This document shows, piece by piece, positions 20,048 to 30,743 of a stretch of 64,000 nt of DNA (the first letter of the stretch is position 1; each line of letters begins with the position of its first letter). The notes beneath the pieces are model-generated. The model was given only the letters and a program-made list of their open reading frames with translations. It made no database searches and had not been told where the DNA came from. The position numbers and the translations under genes were made by a program. This DNA comes from an uncultured delta proteobacterium (lineage in GTDB: Bacteria; Desulfobacterota; Desulfuromonadia; Desulfuromonadales; BM103): contig CAVQRZ010000026.1 of the NCBI GenBank assembly GCA_963715335.1, positions 32,001-96,000 of the forward strand, written 5' to 3'.

Positions 20048-21049
20048 ATGTCATTAAAAGAATTGCAAAATATCCTTCAGGCCGGAACTATTCCCGGCCT
20101 GATTTTGCTTCATGGGCAGGAGCCCTATTTTGTTGAGAGGGGTATGCTGGCCGTTCGGGATGCCGTTGTTGCCCCCGAGAACAGGGATTTCAACCTGACC
20201 CAGTTCTATGGCAAGGATTTTATTGTCAACGACGTGGTGGAACAGGCCAGGACCTACCCTGTGTTTGCTGATCGTCGTCTTGTTTTGCTCAAAAACATCC
20301 ACGAATCAAGGGCCGATCAACTGGAAGGTTTGCTGGATTATGTCATGGACCCTGTTCCTGAAACCGTTCTGCTGTTGACCGCAGAAAAGATAGACGCTCG
20401 CCGTAAAATTTTCCAATTATTTAAAAAAAATGGTCTGTCGATAGAGTTTAAGAAAATATATGAGAACCAACTGCCTGCTTTTGTCCGAGAGCTGGCCAAG
20501 GTCAACAAGCTGAGCTTGACTGCTGGCGCACTGAAGCTGTTTTGTAAAAGGGTCGGGACAAATCTGACAGAGGTTCAGGGTGAGATGGAAAAGCTGGTTG
20601 GCTACCTCGGCGAACGGGATCTGGCTGAAGAAGCTGATGTTGCAGCAATCGTCTCGGATACCCGCGTAGAGAGCATCTTCGATTTAACCGATGCGATCGG
20701 AAAGGGTGACCGATCAAAGGCTCTGACTTTATTTGATCGACTGATGACGGAAGGCCAGGCCCCGTTGATGGTCCTCGCTATGATGACCCGCCATTTCAGG
20801 CAGATGTGGAAAATCAGTGAGCTGATGTCACAGAAAATTCCGCAGAGTGAACTCCCCCGCAGGGTTGGAGCCAGCCCGTATTTTCTCACAGGGTTGATCC
20901 AGCAAGCCGCCAGGTTCGATAATCGGCAGTACAGGCGTGTGTTTAATCGCTTACTGGAAACTGACCTGGCACTTAAATCGAGTGGTGGAGAGCCAAGGAT
21001 GCAGTTGGAGCAACTGCTTCTGGAAATTTCCGATATGAGTGGCAAATAA
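20048..21049 (+). CDS. holA: DNA polymerase III delta subunit
   Basis: LLHGQEPYF, RDFN, PVFADRRLV, EMEKL, IFDLTDA, DLALKS; synteny. Confidence 0.93.
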   Translation: MSLKELQNILQAGTIPGLILLHGQEPYFVERGMLAVRDAVVAPENRDFNLTQFYGKDFIVNDVVEQARTYPVFADRRLVLLKNIHESRADQLEGLLDYVMDPVPETVLLLTAEKIDARRKIFQLFKKNGLSIEFKKIYENQLPAFVRELAKVNKLSLTAGALKLFCKRVGTNLTEVQGEMEKLVGYLGERDLAEEADVAAIVSDTRVESIFDLTDAIGKGDRSKALTLFDRLMTEGQAPLMVLAMMTRHFRQMWKISELMSQKIPQSELPRRVGASPYFLTGLIQQAARFDNRQYRRVFNRLLETDLALKSSGGEPRMQLEQLLLEISDMSGK

Positions 21050-21081
21050 AAGGGGAGACACTCCGTTTGGGAGCGCTCCCC
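21047..21081 (-). terminator. Intrinsic terminator for rpsT (convergent with holA)
   Basis: Minus strand ggggagcgctcc-caaac-ggagtgtctcccc followed by T run. Confidence 0.65.
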
Positions 21082-21107
21082 GTGATGCGTAAAATTCTCA
21101 GAGAAAA

Positions 21108-21380
21108 TCAGTCTGCCGATTCTGTTCCGTCGACCAGTTTGGCCAGACGGCTGATTTTGCGGCTTGCCGTTGCTTTGTGAATGACGCCCTTGGTCGCCGC
21201 CTTGTCAATATAAGGGACGGCTTTTTCCAGCAGAATTTTTGCCGTGTCAAGGTCACCATCGGCAATTGCGATGCGAACTTTTTTGACGTAACTGCGCATG
21301 GTTGAGCGAATATGAGTATTCCGGGCATTGCGAATTTTGCTCTGACGATGTCTTTTTTCTGCTGATTTGTGATTTGCCAC
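21108..21380 (-). CDS. rpsT: 30S ribosomal protein S20
   Basis: MANHKSAEKR ... DKAATKGVIHKATASRKISRL; GTG start after SD ggagg. Confidence 0.97.
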   Translation of the reverse strand: MANHKSAEKRHRQSKIRNARNTHIRSTMRSYVKKVRIAIADGDLDTAKILLEKAVPYIDKAATKGVIHKATASRKISRLAKLVDGTESAD

Positions 21381-21432
21381 TTTTATTCCTCCGGGCTATT
21401 TTCTTTGCGTGATTTATTTGTAAAGCGTCAGT

Positions 21433-21461
21433 TTTATAACATTGGCAGGAACAACAGTCAA
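21433..21461 (-). promoter_or_regulatory. Sigma70 promoter of rpsT
   Basis: Minus strand TTGACT-17 nt-TATAAA with an AT-rich tract upstream. Confidence 0.65.
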
Positions 21462-21571
21462 GATAAAAAGATTCCAATATATAAAAAAATAGTGTTTAAT
21501 TTAAGTATGTTATGAATATTAAGTATGGGATTAATAGAAAATAATGCATTGTGCCGGGTGTTGATGTCGTC

Positions 21572-23161
21572 ATGTCTGTAGCAAGTGAAGAGAAAAAACA
21601 TATCTCGAGAGCGGCCGGTGTTTTGACCCTGGCGACCACGGTCAGCAGGATTGCCGGCCTGGTTCGTGACATAGTTGTTGCCGCAATATTCGGCGCGGGA
21701 ATGCTGACGGATGCGTTTTTCGTCGCATTCACTATCCCTAACCTGTTGCGCAGATTCTTTGCCGAGGGTTCTCTGACGGCCGCATTTGTGCCGACCTTTA
21801 CCGATGTGCTTCACCATGAAGGCACCGATGAAGCGCGTCGGGTTGTTCGGATCTGTTGGACGCTCCTTCTGCTGGTTCTGGCCTGTGTCACGCTGCTTGG
21901 GATTTTGTCGTCGCCCTGGCTGGTCAAACTGATCGGTTATGGCTTTGCAGGTACGGCTGGGAAACTGGCGCTAACCGATCTTCTCAACCGGTTGATGTTT
22001 CCCTATATCTTTTTCATCAGCCTGGTCGCGCTCTTTGCCGGTGTCCTGAATGTGTCGGGGCATTTCCTCTTGCCGGCCCTCTCTCCGGTGCTGCTGAACC
22101 TCTCCATGATCGGAGCTGCACTGGTCCTTGCCCCGCGGCTGGATGAACCGATAACGGCTCTCGCCTATGGCGTACTTCTCGGCGGCGTGATTCAGTTTGC
22201 CATGCAAATCCCGATTTTGTACCGCCGTGGATATGATCTGAGGCCGGATTTCAACTTCCGCCACAGCGCGGTTGTTCGTATCGTCAGGCTGATGCTCCCC
22301 GGTATCCTCGGGGTGGCTATCTACCAGATCAATGTCGTGGTAACTCGCTTGATGGCTTCTTTCCTTCAGGAGGGGAGTGTCTCCTGGCTCTATTATGGGC
22401 AGAGACTATTCGAGTTTCCGCAGGGAATTTTTGTGGTTTCTCTGGCTCAGGCGGTGTTACCAACCATGTGTCGGCAGGCCTCGGCTGAGGACCTGGATGG
22501 TTTCCGTGAGTCATTGCGGTTCGCTCTGGTTCTGATCATGCTGGTTACCATCCCGGCAGCTTTGGGGTTGGTCCTCTGCAACGAGGCGGTGTACAGCCTG
22601 TTCTTTATGCGTGGGAGCTTTTCCGTGTTCGACGTTTCCCAGTCGGCTATAGCTCTGGCCTGGTACGCTCCGGGCCTGCTGTTCGTCGGCATCAGTCGCG
22701 TGGCTGTGCCGTGTTTTTACGCCATGAAAGATACCCGTACCCCCGTTATAATTTCTTTTTGGACACTGTTGGTCAATGCCGTAGCCGGTCTGCTGTTGAT
22801 GCGGGTTATGGGGCATGCCGGACTGGCGTTAGCCCTGACGATAGCATCGGTCTTCAATGCCTTGATCCTCATCGTACTGCTTACAAGGAAGCTCGGTAAA
22901 CTGGATATCGCAGGGATACTCAACACCGTTCTGAGAACGATCCCTGGATTGTGTTTTATGTGCATTGTAGCGACTCTGGTCCTCAGGCAGGCAGACTGGT
23001 TGACGGTCGGTCCGTTCTTGCCGCGTTTTGCTCTCCTTGGTGTCGCCGTATTGTCGGGGTCTTTCGTCTATGCCGCCTGTCTATGGGTCTTTGGGGTAAG
23101 GGAGATCAAGCAGGTCTGGTCGTTGATCGCGGGGCGCTTACCGTCCCCACGCAAAAGGTGA
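21572..23161 (+). CDS. murJ: Lipid II flippase MurJ (MviN)
   Basis: SRIAGLVRD, AFTIPNLLRRFFAEG, RLFEFPQG, FYAMKDTRTPV; ATG 21572 preferred over GTG 21551. Confidence 0.96.
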   Translation: MSVASEEKKHISRAAGVLTLATTVSRIAGLVRDIVVAAIFGAGMLTDAFFVAFTIPNLLRRFFAEGSLTAAFVPTFTDVLHHEGTDEARRVVRICWTLLLLVLACVTLLGILSSPWLVKLIGYGFAGTAGKLALTDLLNRLMFPYIFFISLVALFAGVLNVSGHFLLPALSPVLLNLSMIGAALVLAPRLDEPITALAYGVLLGGVIQFAMQIPILYRRGYDLRPDFNFRHSAVVRIVRLMLPGILGVAIYQINVVVTRLMASFLQEGSVSWLYYGQRLFEFPQGIFVVSLAQAVLPTMCRQASAEDLDGFRESLRFALVLIMLVTIPAALGLVLCNEAVYSLFFMRGSFSVFDVSQSAIALAWYAPGLLFVGISRVAVPCFYAMKDTRTPVIISFWTLLVNAVAGLLLMRVMGHAGLALALTIASVFNALILIVLLTRKLGKLDIAGILNTVLRTIPGLCFMCIVATLVLRQADWLTVGPFLPRFALLGVAVLSGSFVYAACLWVFGVREIKQVWSLIAGRLPSPRKR

Positions 23162-23164
23162 GTT

Positions 23165-23683
23165 ATGTCAGGGCAACAGTGGGATATGTTATCCTTTGAA
23201 TACGGCACAGTGGCGCTGGTTGTCAGCGGCGGCCGTTTATCCAGAATCTGCTTCACACGCTCCTTTGAAGAGTCCTCGCTCGAAGTCCTCAGGCATTGTC
23301 CCGACGCCTGCCGGAGCTTGCACCCGCTGATCAGCGAGATTTTTGTCCAGTTGGAGGAATATTTTCAGGGGGAGAGGAGGACTTTTGATGTCAGGCTCGA
23401 TAATGCCGGATTGTCCTGCTTTGCAAGAAAAGTCCACAAGGCGTTGCTCGAGGTGCCCTATGGCTCGCTGATTTCGTACCTTGATCTGGCCAGGATGGCA
23501 GGTTCGCCAGGTGCTGCACGGGCGGTTGGACGGGTCATGTCTGCAAACCCCTTCCCACTGATCGTGCCTTGTCACCGTGTTGTCAATGCTGATGGTCGCC
23601 TGGGGCAGTATTCCGGCGGTTTCGGCGGAGAGACCAAGGCCGGGCTGATCGATTTGGAGCGTGGACTCGTATCACAACCGTAG
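23165..23683 (+). CDS. ogt: Methylated-DNA--protein-cysteine methyltransferase
   Basis: ARAVGRVMSANPFPLIVPCHRVV active-site motif. Confidence 0.92.
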   Translation: MSGQQWDMLSFEYGTVALVVSGGRLSRICFTRSFEESSLEVLRHCPDACRSLHPLISEIFVQLEEYFQGERRTFDVRLDNAGLSCFARKVHKALLEVPYGSLISYLDLARMAGSPGAARAVGRVMSANPFPLIVPCHRVVNADGRLGQYSGGFGGETKAGLIDLERGLVSQP

Positions 23684-23727
23684 CGGGCCACGGCTGCTCG
23701 CCATGTACTTCTTAAGGTCAGGTGTCT

Positions 23728-24807
23728 ATGCAGGTTGCCGGACGGATAACATTGCTCCTCCTTGCTGCTGTCGGTCTCGTCTTCCTTAATGCCTGCGGGG
23801 AGAGTGGCTATCTGTTCCAGAGCGTCAAAGGCCATCTGGGGTTGATGTCGCGCGCGCAGTCGATAGAAGAAGTTCTGGCCAGCAACGAGGAACCGGAAAT
23901 TGTCCTCAGCCAGTTGGAAACGGTTGTCAGGCTGAGAAAATTTGCGGTCGATTCACTGTCCCTGCCTGACAGTGGCAGCTATCATGAGTACGCAGACCTG
24001 GGACGACCCTATGTTGTCTGGAACCTGACCGCGGCGCCTGAGTTTTCTCTCGAGATGAAACAGTGGTGTTTTCCTGTCGTTGGCTGTGTCACATATCGTG
24101 GCTATTTTGACGAAAACGCGGCCCTGGTCATGGCCGAGGGCCTGTCTGTACAAGGTTTTGACGTCGATGTCTACGGGGTTGAGGCTTACTCGACTCTCAA
24201 CTGGTTTGATGACCCGGTTTTGAATACCTTCCTGAAAAATGACGAAATCCATCTGGCCGCATTGCTGTTTCATGAGATGGCGCATCAAGTTATTTATGTG
24301 CCCGATGCCACGACATTTAACGAATCCTTTGCCAAAACGGTCGAAATAGAAGGCTTGCGCCGCTGGTTTCACAGCACGGAATTTGACGATCTGTGGCAGG
24401 AGTGCCTGCTACGTGAAAAAAGGTCTGCCGATTTCCAGGATTTTCTGAGTGGCATCCGTCTGGAGTTGCAGACCGTGTACACGGCCGATTTGGTGGTCGA
24501 GGATAAAAGGTTGGCAAAGCAACAGATTATTTCACATGGCCATGAGACCTATGCCCGATTGAAAGAGGGGTGGGGTGGTTATGCTGGATACGACCGGTGG
24601 ATGGAGAAAGGGATCAACAATGCGCGACTCTCTTCGGCAGCAGCCTACCATGATCTGGTCTCGGCATTTCAGACCCTTCTGCAGAGAGTCGATTATGATC
24701 TGCCCGCCTTTTATGTTGAAGTGAAAAAACTCGGGTCGCTGCCCGAAGATGCGCGTCAGGCAAAGCTGAAGTCACTTTCTCCTCGTCTCAACGCTTCTCT
24801 GTATTAA
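23728..24807 (+). CDS. Putative zinc aminopeptidase lipoprotein
   Basis: Lipobox-like FLNAC; WCFPVVGCVTYRGYF; AYSTLNWFDDP; HEMAH ... FNESFA. Confidence 0.75.
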   Translation: MQVAGRITLLLLAAVGLVFLNACGESGYLFQSVKGHLGLMSRAQSIEEVLASNEEPEIVLSQLETVVRLRKFAVDSLSLPDSGSYHEYADLGRPYVVWNLTAAPEFSLEMKQWCFPVVGCVTYRGYFDENAALVMAEGLSVQGFDVDVYGVEAYSTLNWFDDPVLNTFLKNDEIHLAALLFHEMAHQVIYVPDATTFNESFAKTVEIEGLRRWFHSTEFDDLWQECLLREKRSADFQDFLSGIRLELQTVYTADLVVEDKRLAKQQIISHGHETYARLKEGWGGYAGYDRWMEKGINNARLSSAAAYHDLVSAFQTLLQRVDYDLPAFYVEVKKLGSLPEDARQAKLKSLSPRLNASLY

Positions 24808-24929
24808 GCGAATTCGCCTGCGCGCAGTCACTGGAAGCCGTAGCCATGACTGTTAATACTGCTTGATAAGTGGATGTGTGCAAGGATACTTTCCCGGGCA
24901 ACATTTGAACTGTAAATCAAGGGTCGCAA

Positions 24930-25739
24930 ATGCTTGGAGCAATTGCCGGAGATGTGATCGGCTCACGTTTTGAACATGCCGGGATCAAAAGCAAGGATTT
25001 CGTACTGTTCAATCGGCGGAGTACGTTTACCGACGATACGGTTCATACCGTTGCCCTGGCGGACAGCCTTCTGCATAAAGTCCCCTACCAGGACAAACTC
25101 CGCGAATATTTCCACCACTATCCGACCGCTGGGTATGGTACCCGCTTCAGGCGTTGGGCAAGGGCGTCAAAACCAGTCCCTTATGGGAGCTATGGTAACG
25201 GGTCCGCGATGCGCGTCAGCCCTGTTGCCTGGTTCTATGACACCCTTGAGGATGTCCTCTCCGAGGCGCTAAGGAGCGCCGAGGTGACCCATAACCACCC
25301 GGAGGGTATCCGCGGCGCCCAGGCCGTTGCTGGCGCTGTTTTCATGGCACGTAACGGGGCCAGCAAGGTTATCATCCGCAATTACGTCGAGGACTCATTC
25401 AATTACGATTTATCCGCAAAGATTGCAGAGATTCGACCGGATTACAGGTTTGATGTTTCATGCCAGAACTCGGTTCCGCAGGCGATCATAGCGTTCCTGG
25501 AAGCAAAGGACTTTGAAGATGCCGTCCGGAATGCGGTGTCTCTCGGAGGGGACAGTGACACCCAGGCCTGTATTGCTGGGAGTATCGCAGAAGCGTATTT
25601 TGGGGTGGTCCCGGATCATATCAAGGCGCAGACGCTGGCCTGTCTGGATGAAAGACTGTCTGCAGTTTTAAAAGCCTTTTACCAGAAAGTATCAGGCGTT
25701 ACCCGGCATCCAGAAATGTTGGAGCCAGGACTTCAATAA
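24930..25739 (+). CDS. ADP-ribosylglycohydrolase family protein
   Basis: GDVIG, TDDT, GNGSAMRVSP, THNHPEG, GGDSDT motifs. Confidence 0.92.
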   Translation: MLGAIAGDVIGSRFEHAGIKSKDFVLFNRRSTFTDDTVHTVALADSLLHKVPYQDKLREYFHHYPTAGYGTRFRRWARASKPVPYGSYGNGSAMRVSPVAWFYDTLEDVLSEALRSAEVTHNHPEGIRGAQAVAGAVFMARNGASKVIIRNYVEDSFNYDLSAKIAEIRPDYRFDVSCQNSVPQAIIAFLEAKDFEDAVRNAVSLGGDSDTQACIAGSIAEAYFGVVPDHIKAQTLACLDERLSAVLKAFYQKVSGVTRHPEMLEPGLQ

Positions 25740-25764
25740 ACAATTACGGAAAACGGAGAACAGT

Positions 25765-26295
25765 ATGCTGATTATGAATGAGCTTGCCGAAGTTGCCGGA
25801 TTGATGCGTGCCGCCGAGAACCTTTGTGTTGCCGCACGAACTGCTCCCAAAGGCAAAGGCAAAGACCTGCTTGTGACAGCAATCGTGACGGAGGATGATA
25901 AAAAGCGTCTCCAGCAGCAGATGAGGGCAATCGGTGAACGCGATGGCGTGATATTTTTTCTTCGCGATGCAGACAATATAGACCATGCCCCGGTTGTCGT
26001 CCTGGTCGGCACTCGCAAAAAGCCGCTGCAGATCCCTGCGTGTGGCTTCTGCGGCTTTGTTGATTGCGATACCATGACCAGCGCGGGGGGGACCTGTTCG
26101 TTTAATGCCGGGGATCTCGGGATTGCGGTCGGCTCAGCGGTCGCTCTTGCTGCCGACCTGCGAATCGACAACCGCATAATGTACACGGTTGGCAAGGCAG
26201 CGATTGAACTTGGTCTCCTTGGCGAGGAGGTGAAGATCGCGTACGGCATACCTCTCGCGGCCAAAAGCAAAAATCCCTTTTTTGACAGAAGCTGA
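25765..26295 (+). CDS. DUF2148-type ferredoxin-domain protein
   Basis: AARTAPKGKG, CGFCGFVDC ... C, DLGIAVGSA, DNRIMYTVG, KNPFFDR. Confidence 0.8.
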   Translation: MLIMNELAEVAGLMRAAENLCVAARTAPKGKGKDLLVTAIVTEDDKKRLQQQMRAIGERDGVIFFLRDADNIDHAPVVVLVGTRKKPLQIPACGFCGFVDCDTMTSAGGTCSFNAGDLGIAVGSAVALAADLRIDNRIMYTVGKAAIELGLLGEEVKIAYGIPLAAKSKNPFFDRS

Positions 26296-26372
26296 AAAAC
26301 CGGGAGATGGGGGGCAGGTTCTGGATATGGACCGTCCAAACCCAGCCCTGGAGAACCAGCGCCCTAATTTAA

Positions 26373-26981
26373 ATGATCGATCCGAACGAGCTGTTTGATA
26401 TCGTAAATAACGATGACGAAGTCATCGGACAGGCTCCACGTTGCGCCTGCCATGGCAACCCGGCCCTGGTCCATCGCGCGGTACATGTGTTGGTGTTTAA
26501 CAGCTCCGGATGGTTATTGCTGCAGAAACGTGCTCCAGACAGAGACATCCAGCCAGGCAAATGGGATACCAGTGTCGGTGGACACCTCAACTCTGGAGAA
26601 TCATATCTCGCTGCAGCATATCGTGAAATGTCTGAAGAGCTGGGATTGACCGGCCTGCCATTGACGCACCTGTACCGGTCCGTAATCAGAAACCAGGTCG
26701 AGTCGGAAAACGTGCACTCATATCTCGCAATCACTGATGATGCCATTGCATACGAGCGCAGCGAAATCTCCGAGGTTCGCTTCTGGTCTCATGGTCAAAT
26801 TGACCAGGCCCTGGGGCAAGGAGTTTTTACCCCGAATTTCGAGGCAGAATGGCAGATGTTCAAGAGCTTTGCTCGCCGTTACCAATCGGCGGATTCGGAC
26901 CGAATAGCTTTCTGTTCCGGGGCGTCTTTCCCTGACCTGTGGCGAGAGTTGTACAAGGCTTGTTGTCCAGATTCCGAGTGA
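26373..26981 (+). CDS. NUDIX hydrolase (IDI/YfcD-like)
   Basis: Nudix box GHLNSGESYLAAAYREMSEELG; HRAVHVLVFN, PGKWD. Confidence 0.88.
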   Translation: MIDPNELFDIVNNDDEVIGQAPRCACHGNPALVHRAVHVLVFNSSGWLLLQKRAPDRDIQPGKWDTSVGGHLNSGESYLAAAYREMSEELGLTGLPLTHLYRSVIRNQVESENVHSYLAITDDAIAYERSEISEVRFWSHGQIDQALGQGVFTPNFEAEWQMFKSFARRYQSADSDRIAFCSGASFPDLWRELYKACCPDSE

Positions 26982-27029
26982 TGCTCAAAAGCTGGGCAAT
27001 TGGTTGTTAAGATGCTCTATTTGTGAGCA
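26982..27029. promoter_or_regulatory. Two NtrC-type enhancer sites upstream of glnB-glnA
   Basis: TGCTC-aaaagct-GGGCA (26982-26998) and TGCTC-tatttgt-GAGCA (27013-27029), 31 bp apart; TGC-N11-GCA like the NtrC consensus. Confidence 0.7.
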
Positions 27030-27096
27030 TGTATGCGCTTGCTTGTTGACGTGATGTATAGATGTTCAAGTCTTTTTACCTGTAAAAACTCATAAA

Positions 27097-27109
27097 TATC
27101 AGACGTTTG
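27097..27109 (+). promoter_or_regulatory. Putative IHF site
   Basis: TATCAGACGTTTG matches WATCAR-N4-TTR; lies between enhancer and promoter. Confidence 0.5.
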
Positions 27110-27135
27110 TCAATGTTTATTGGTTTGTTTTATTT

Positions 27136-27152
27136 TAGGCAAGCTAATTGCT
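27136..27152 (+). promoter_or_regulatory. Sigma54 -24/-12 promoter of glnB-glnA
   Basis: taGGCAagctaaTTGCt with GG(27138)-N10-GC(27150). Confidence 0.8.
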
Positions 27153-27204
27153 ATTAGTCATTGCTGGACACTTTTGAGAACTATTTATGCTTAGTAGGAT
27201 GTGA

Positions 27205-27570
<366 letters not shown>

Positions 27571-27627
27571 CGCTAAGACAATTACCCTAGACAGCAAGAT
27601 CATTATCTTAATAAGGAGAAGTTTAAA

Positions 27628-29037
27628 ATGACCCCACAAGAAGTCGTCAAATTTGCCCAGGATAACGATTGCAAGATGGTCGACTACAAGTTTCTTGACT
27701 TTGTCGGTATCTGGCAGCACTTTTCAACTCCGATTGGTGAATTCAGCGAAGACACCTTCGAAGAAGGTATCGGTTTCGATGGTTCTTCGATCCGCGGTTG
27801 GCAGCCGATCCACAACTCGGACATGCTGATCATGCCGGATTCGTCGACTGCCAAAATTGACCCCTTTGTCAAGGTGCCGACACTGAGCCTGATCTGCAAC
27901 ATCATCGACCCGATCACCAAGGAAGGTTACACCCGCGACCCGCGTTTCATCGCCCAGAAGGCAGAAGCTTACCTGAAACAGACGGGTATTGCTGACACGG
28001 CATACTTCGGTCCTGAGCCTGAATTCTTTATCTTTGACGATGTGCGCTATGATTCCAGCGCCAATGAGTCTTTCTATTCCGTTGATTCAGTTGAAGGCGT
28101 GTGGAATACCGGCCGAGAGGAGTTCCCCAACCTCGGCTACAAGCCACGCCACAAGGAAGGTTACTTCCCCTGTGCGCCGACCGATTCCCTCATCGACCTG
28201 CGTAACGAGATGGTCGAGGTCCTGCAGAGCGTCGGCATGACCATCGAGGCTGTACACCATGAAGTTGCTACCGGTGGCCAGTGTGAGATCGACATGCGCT
28301 TTGATTCTCTGCTCGCCATGGGTGACACCCTGCAGTGGTTCAAATACATCGTCAAGAACGTTGCCGTTCGTAACGGCAAAACCGTCACCTTCATGCCCAA
28401 GCCGATCTTTGGTGACAATGGGTCCGGTATGCACTGCCATCAATCGCTCTGGAAAGATGGCGTCAATCTGTTTGCCGGCGACGGCTACGGCGGCCTTTCC
28501 AAGACGGCCATGTATTACATCGGTGGCATCATGAAGCACGCCAAGGCGCTCTGTGCATTCACCAACCCGACCACTATCTCCTACAAGCGCCTGGTCCCCG
28601 GCTACGAAGCTCCGGTCAATCTGGCTTACTCGAACCGTAACCGCTCCGCTTCCTTGCGTATTCCGGTCACCGACAACCCCAAGTCGAAGCGCGTCGAGTA
28701 CCGCACGCCAGACCCGAGCTGCAACGGTTATCTGGCATTTGCTGCCCAGGTGATGGCTGGCCTTGACGGTATCGAGAACAAGATCGATCCGGGCGAGCCC
28801 CTGGACAAGGACATCTACGGTCTTTCTCCGGAAGAACTCAAAGATATCCCGAATGTGGCTGGTACCCTGCAGGAGGCTCTTGAGTGCCTTGAGGCCGATC
28901 ATGAATTCCTGCTCAAGGGTGACGTCTTCACCAAGGATGTCATTGATATGTGGATCTCCTACAAGCGCGAAGCAGAGGTTGATGTCGTGCGCATGCGTCC
29001 GACCCCAACCGAATTCGCCCTCTACTTCGACTGCTAA
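27628..29037 (+). CDS. glnA: Glutamine synthetase type I
   Basis: [49 protein letters not shown]. Confidence 0.98.
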   Translation: MTPQEVVKFAQDNDCKMVDYKFLDFVGIWQHFSTPIGEFSEDTFEEGIGFDGSSIRGWQPIHNSDMLIMPDSSTAKIDPFVKVPTLSLICNIIDPITKEGYTRDPRFIAQKAEAYLKQTGIADTAYFGPEPEFFIFDDVRYDSSANESFYSVDSVEGVWNTGREEFPNLGYKPRHKEGYFPCAPTDSLIDLRNEMVEVLQSVGMTIEAVHHEVATGGQCEIDMRFDSLLAMGDTLQWFKYIVKNVAVRNGKTVTFMPKPIFGDNGSGMHCHQSLWKDGVNLFAGDGYGGLSKTAMYYIGGIMKHAKALCAFTNPTTISYKRLVPGYEAPVNLAYSNRNRSASLRIPVTDNPKSKRVEYRTPDPSCNGYLAFAAQVMAGLDGIENKIDPGEPLDKDIYGLSPEELKDIPNVAGTLQEALECLEADHEFLLKGDVFTKDVIDMWISYKREAEVDVVRMRPTPTEFALYFDC

Positions 29038-29060
29038 GCGATCGAAACAGATAGAAAATC

Positions 29061-29094
29061 AAAGCCCCTGGTCAATCGACCAGGGGCTTTTTTT
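29061..29094 (+). terminator. Intrinsic terminator after glnA
   Basis: aaagcccctggtc-aatc-gaccaggggcttt followed by further Ts. Confidence 0.85.
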
Positions 29095-29170
29095 ATGAGG
29101 TTCAGAAGTGAGTTTTTTTCATTGGGGCAGGGATGCGGGTTGTCGTGCCCAGGCCAAAGAGGGTGACATC

Positions 29171-30562
29171 CTATGACAAGGCATTTCCTGAGAGGTAGGC
29201 CTTGACCACCTCGGTCTTCGCATCGATGATCTCGCAGCGCTTCTGCCGATTCTCCAGGCCATCCAGGCTCGACGGACGCTCCGGATCCCGACCGATGGCC
29301 TGGTTGACAGCCTCGGGGAACTTGGCCGGATGGGCCGTGGCCAGGCAGATCACCGGATAATCGCCGCCGGGAAGATCCTGGCCGGCTTTCACCCCGGTGG
29401 CCGTGTGCGGATCGAGGACATAGCCGGTTGCCGCGTAAAAATCCCGAATGGTTGCCAGGGTTTGCTCGTTGTCCACCGCCGCAGAGAGGAAGGTCTCGTT
29501 GACCTTGGCAATCTGCTCTGCCGTGAAGGAGAGCTGCCCCGCTGCCGAGAATTGCTGCATGGCGGCGGCCAGACGTGTCGAGTCCTTATCGAAAAGGTAG
29601 AAAAGATAGCGCTCCAGGTTGCTCGCATTCTGGATGTCCATCGAGGGCGAGAAGGTTGGATGGACATCGTCGATCGAGTAATCGCCGGCGTTGACAAAGC
29701 GTTCGAGGATGTTGTTGGCATTGGTAGCGAGGACCAGCCTCTCAATCGGCAGTCCCATACGCATGGCGACATACCCCGCAAAGATATCACCGAAGTTGCC
29801 GGTCGGGACCGAGAAGTAGACCTTAGCACAACCGGTCTGCTTGCGGACTTGCCCCCAGGCGTAGAAGTAGTAGACGACCTGGGCGAGGACCCTGGCCCAG
29901 TTGATCGAGTTGACCGCGCCGAGCGCGTATTTCTGTTTGAAGTCGAGATCGCCGAAGATCTCCTTGACGATTTGCTGGCCATCATCAAATGTGCCTTTGA
30001 TAGCCAGATTGAAAACATTCTCGTCGGTGACCGTCGTCATCTGCAACTCCTGCACCGGAGAGACCTTCTTGTGCGGGTGCAGGATGAATATGTTGATATT
30101 GCGTTTGCCGCGTACGCCGTAAATGGCCGCGCTGCCTGTGTCGCCGGAGGTCGCGCCAAGGATGTTCATGTGTGCGCCGGATTCTGCCAGCAGGTACTCG
30201 AAGAGGTTGCCGAGGAACTGCAGGGCGACATCCTTGAAGGCCAGGGTCGGACCATGGAAAAGTTCCAGGATGTAGACGCCGTCCTTGTGTAAAAGAGGCG
30301 TAATATCCTGGTGGTTAAAGGTTGTGTAGGAACGGTCAATCATCGATTTCAGATCGGCGGCCGGGATATCTTCGATGAAGTGGCTCATGACATGGAAGGC
30401 CAACTCCGGATAGGCCAGTTTGGCCAGAGCGTCAAGATCACCCGGGGTAAGCTGCGGGATGGTCTCAGGAAGGAGCAGGCCGCCATCCTCGGCAAGACCC
30501 ATCATGACCGCCTGCTTGAAGGGAATGTTCCGGACTTGCCCGCGAGTGCTCAGATATTTCAT
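29171..30562 (-). CDS. thrC: Threonine synthase
   Basis: MKYLSTRG, ELFHGPTLAFKD (PLP lysine), ATSGDTG, NSINWAR, VPTGNFG, TAHPAKF. Confidence 0.96.
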   Translation of the reverse strand: MKYLSTRGQVRNIPFKQAVMMGLAEDGGLLLPETIPQLTPGDLDALAKLAYPELAFHVMSHFIEDIPAADLKSMIDRSYTTFNHQDITPLLHKDGVYILELFHGPTLAFKDVALQFLGNLFEYLLAESGAHMNILGATSGDTGSAAIYGVRGKRNINIFILHPHKKVSPVQELQMTTVTDENVFNLAIKGTFDDGQQIVKEIFGDLDFKQKYALGAVNSINWARVLAQVVYYFYAWGQVRKQTGCAKVYFSVPTGNFGDIFAGYVAMRMGLPIERLVLATNANNILERFVNAGDYSIDDVHPTFSPSMDIQNASNLERYLFYLFDKDSTRLAAAMQQFSAAGQLSFTAEQIAKVNETFLSAAVDNEQTLATIRDFYAATGYVLDPHTATGVKAGQDLPGGDYPVICLATAHPAKFPEAVNQAIGRDPERPSSLDGLENRQKRCEIIDAKTEVVKAYLSGNALS

Positions 30563-30670
30563 TGTAACGTCCTTGGCGTTGTTGTGTGGGGCGGCATTTT
30601 AGCAGTTGTAAGCAAAACAGGGAAGGGGAAACGCGGTTGTAAGCACAAGGTATCGGAAAACCATATTTAC

Positions 30671-30706
30671 AAAAAAGGAGGGGCAAGCCGTACTGGCTGC
30701 CCCTCG
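30671..30706 (-). terminator. Intrinsic terminator after maeB
   Basis: Minus strand gaggggcagcc-agtac-ggcttgcccctc followed by T6. Confidence 0.75.
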
Positions 30707-30743
30707 AGAGATTCAAAATCTGGTGCTATCGAACAGCGTATGG

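Noticed and set aside
24930..25739. Calling the ADP-ribosylhydrolase DraG
   Set aside because: No draT or nif genes in the window; the motifs are generic for the family.
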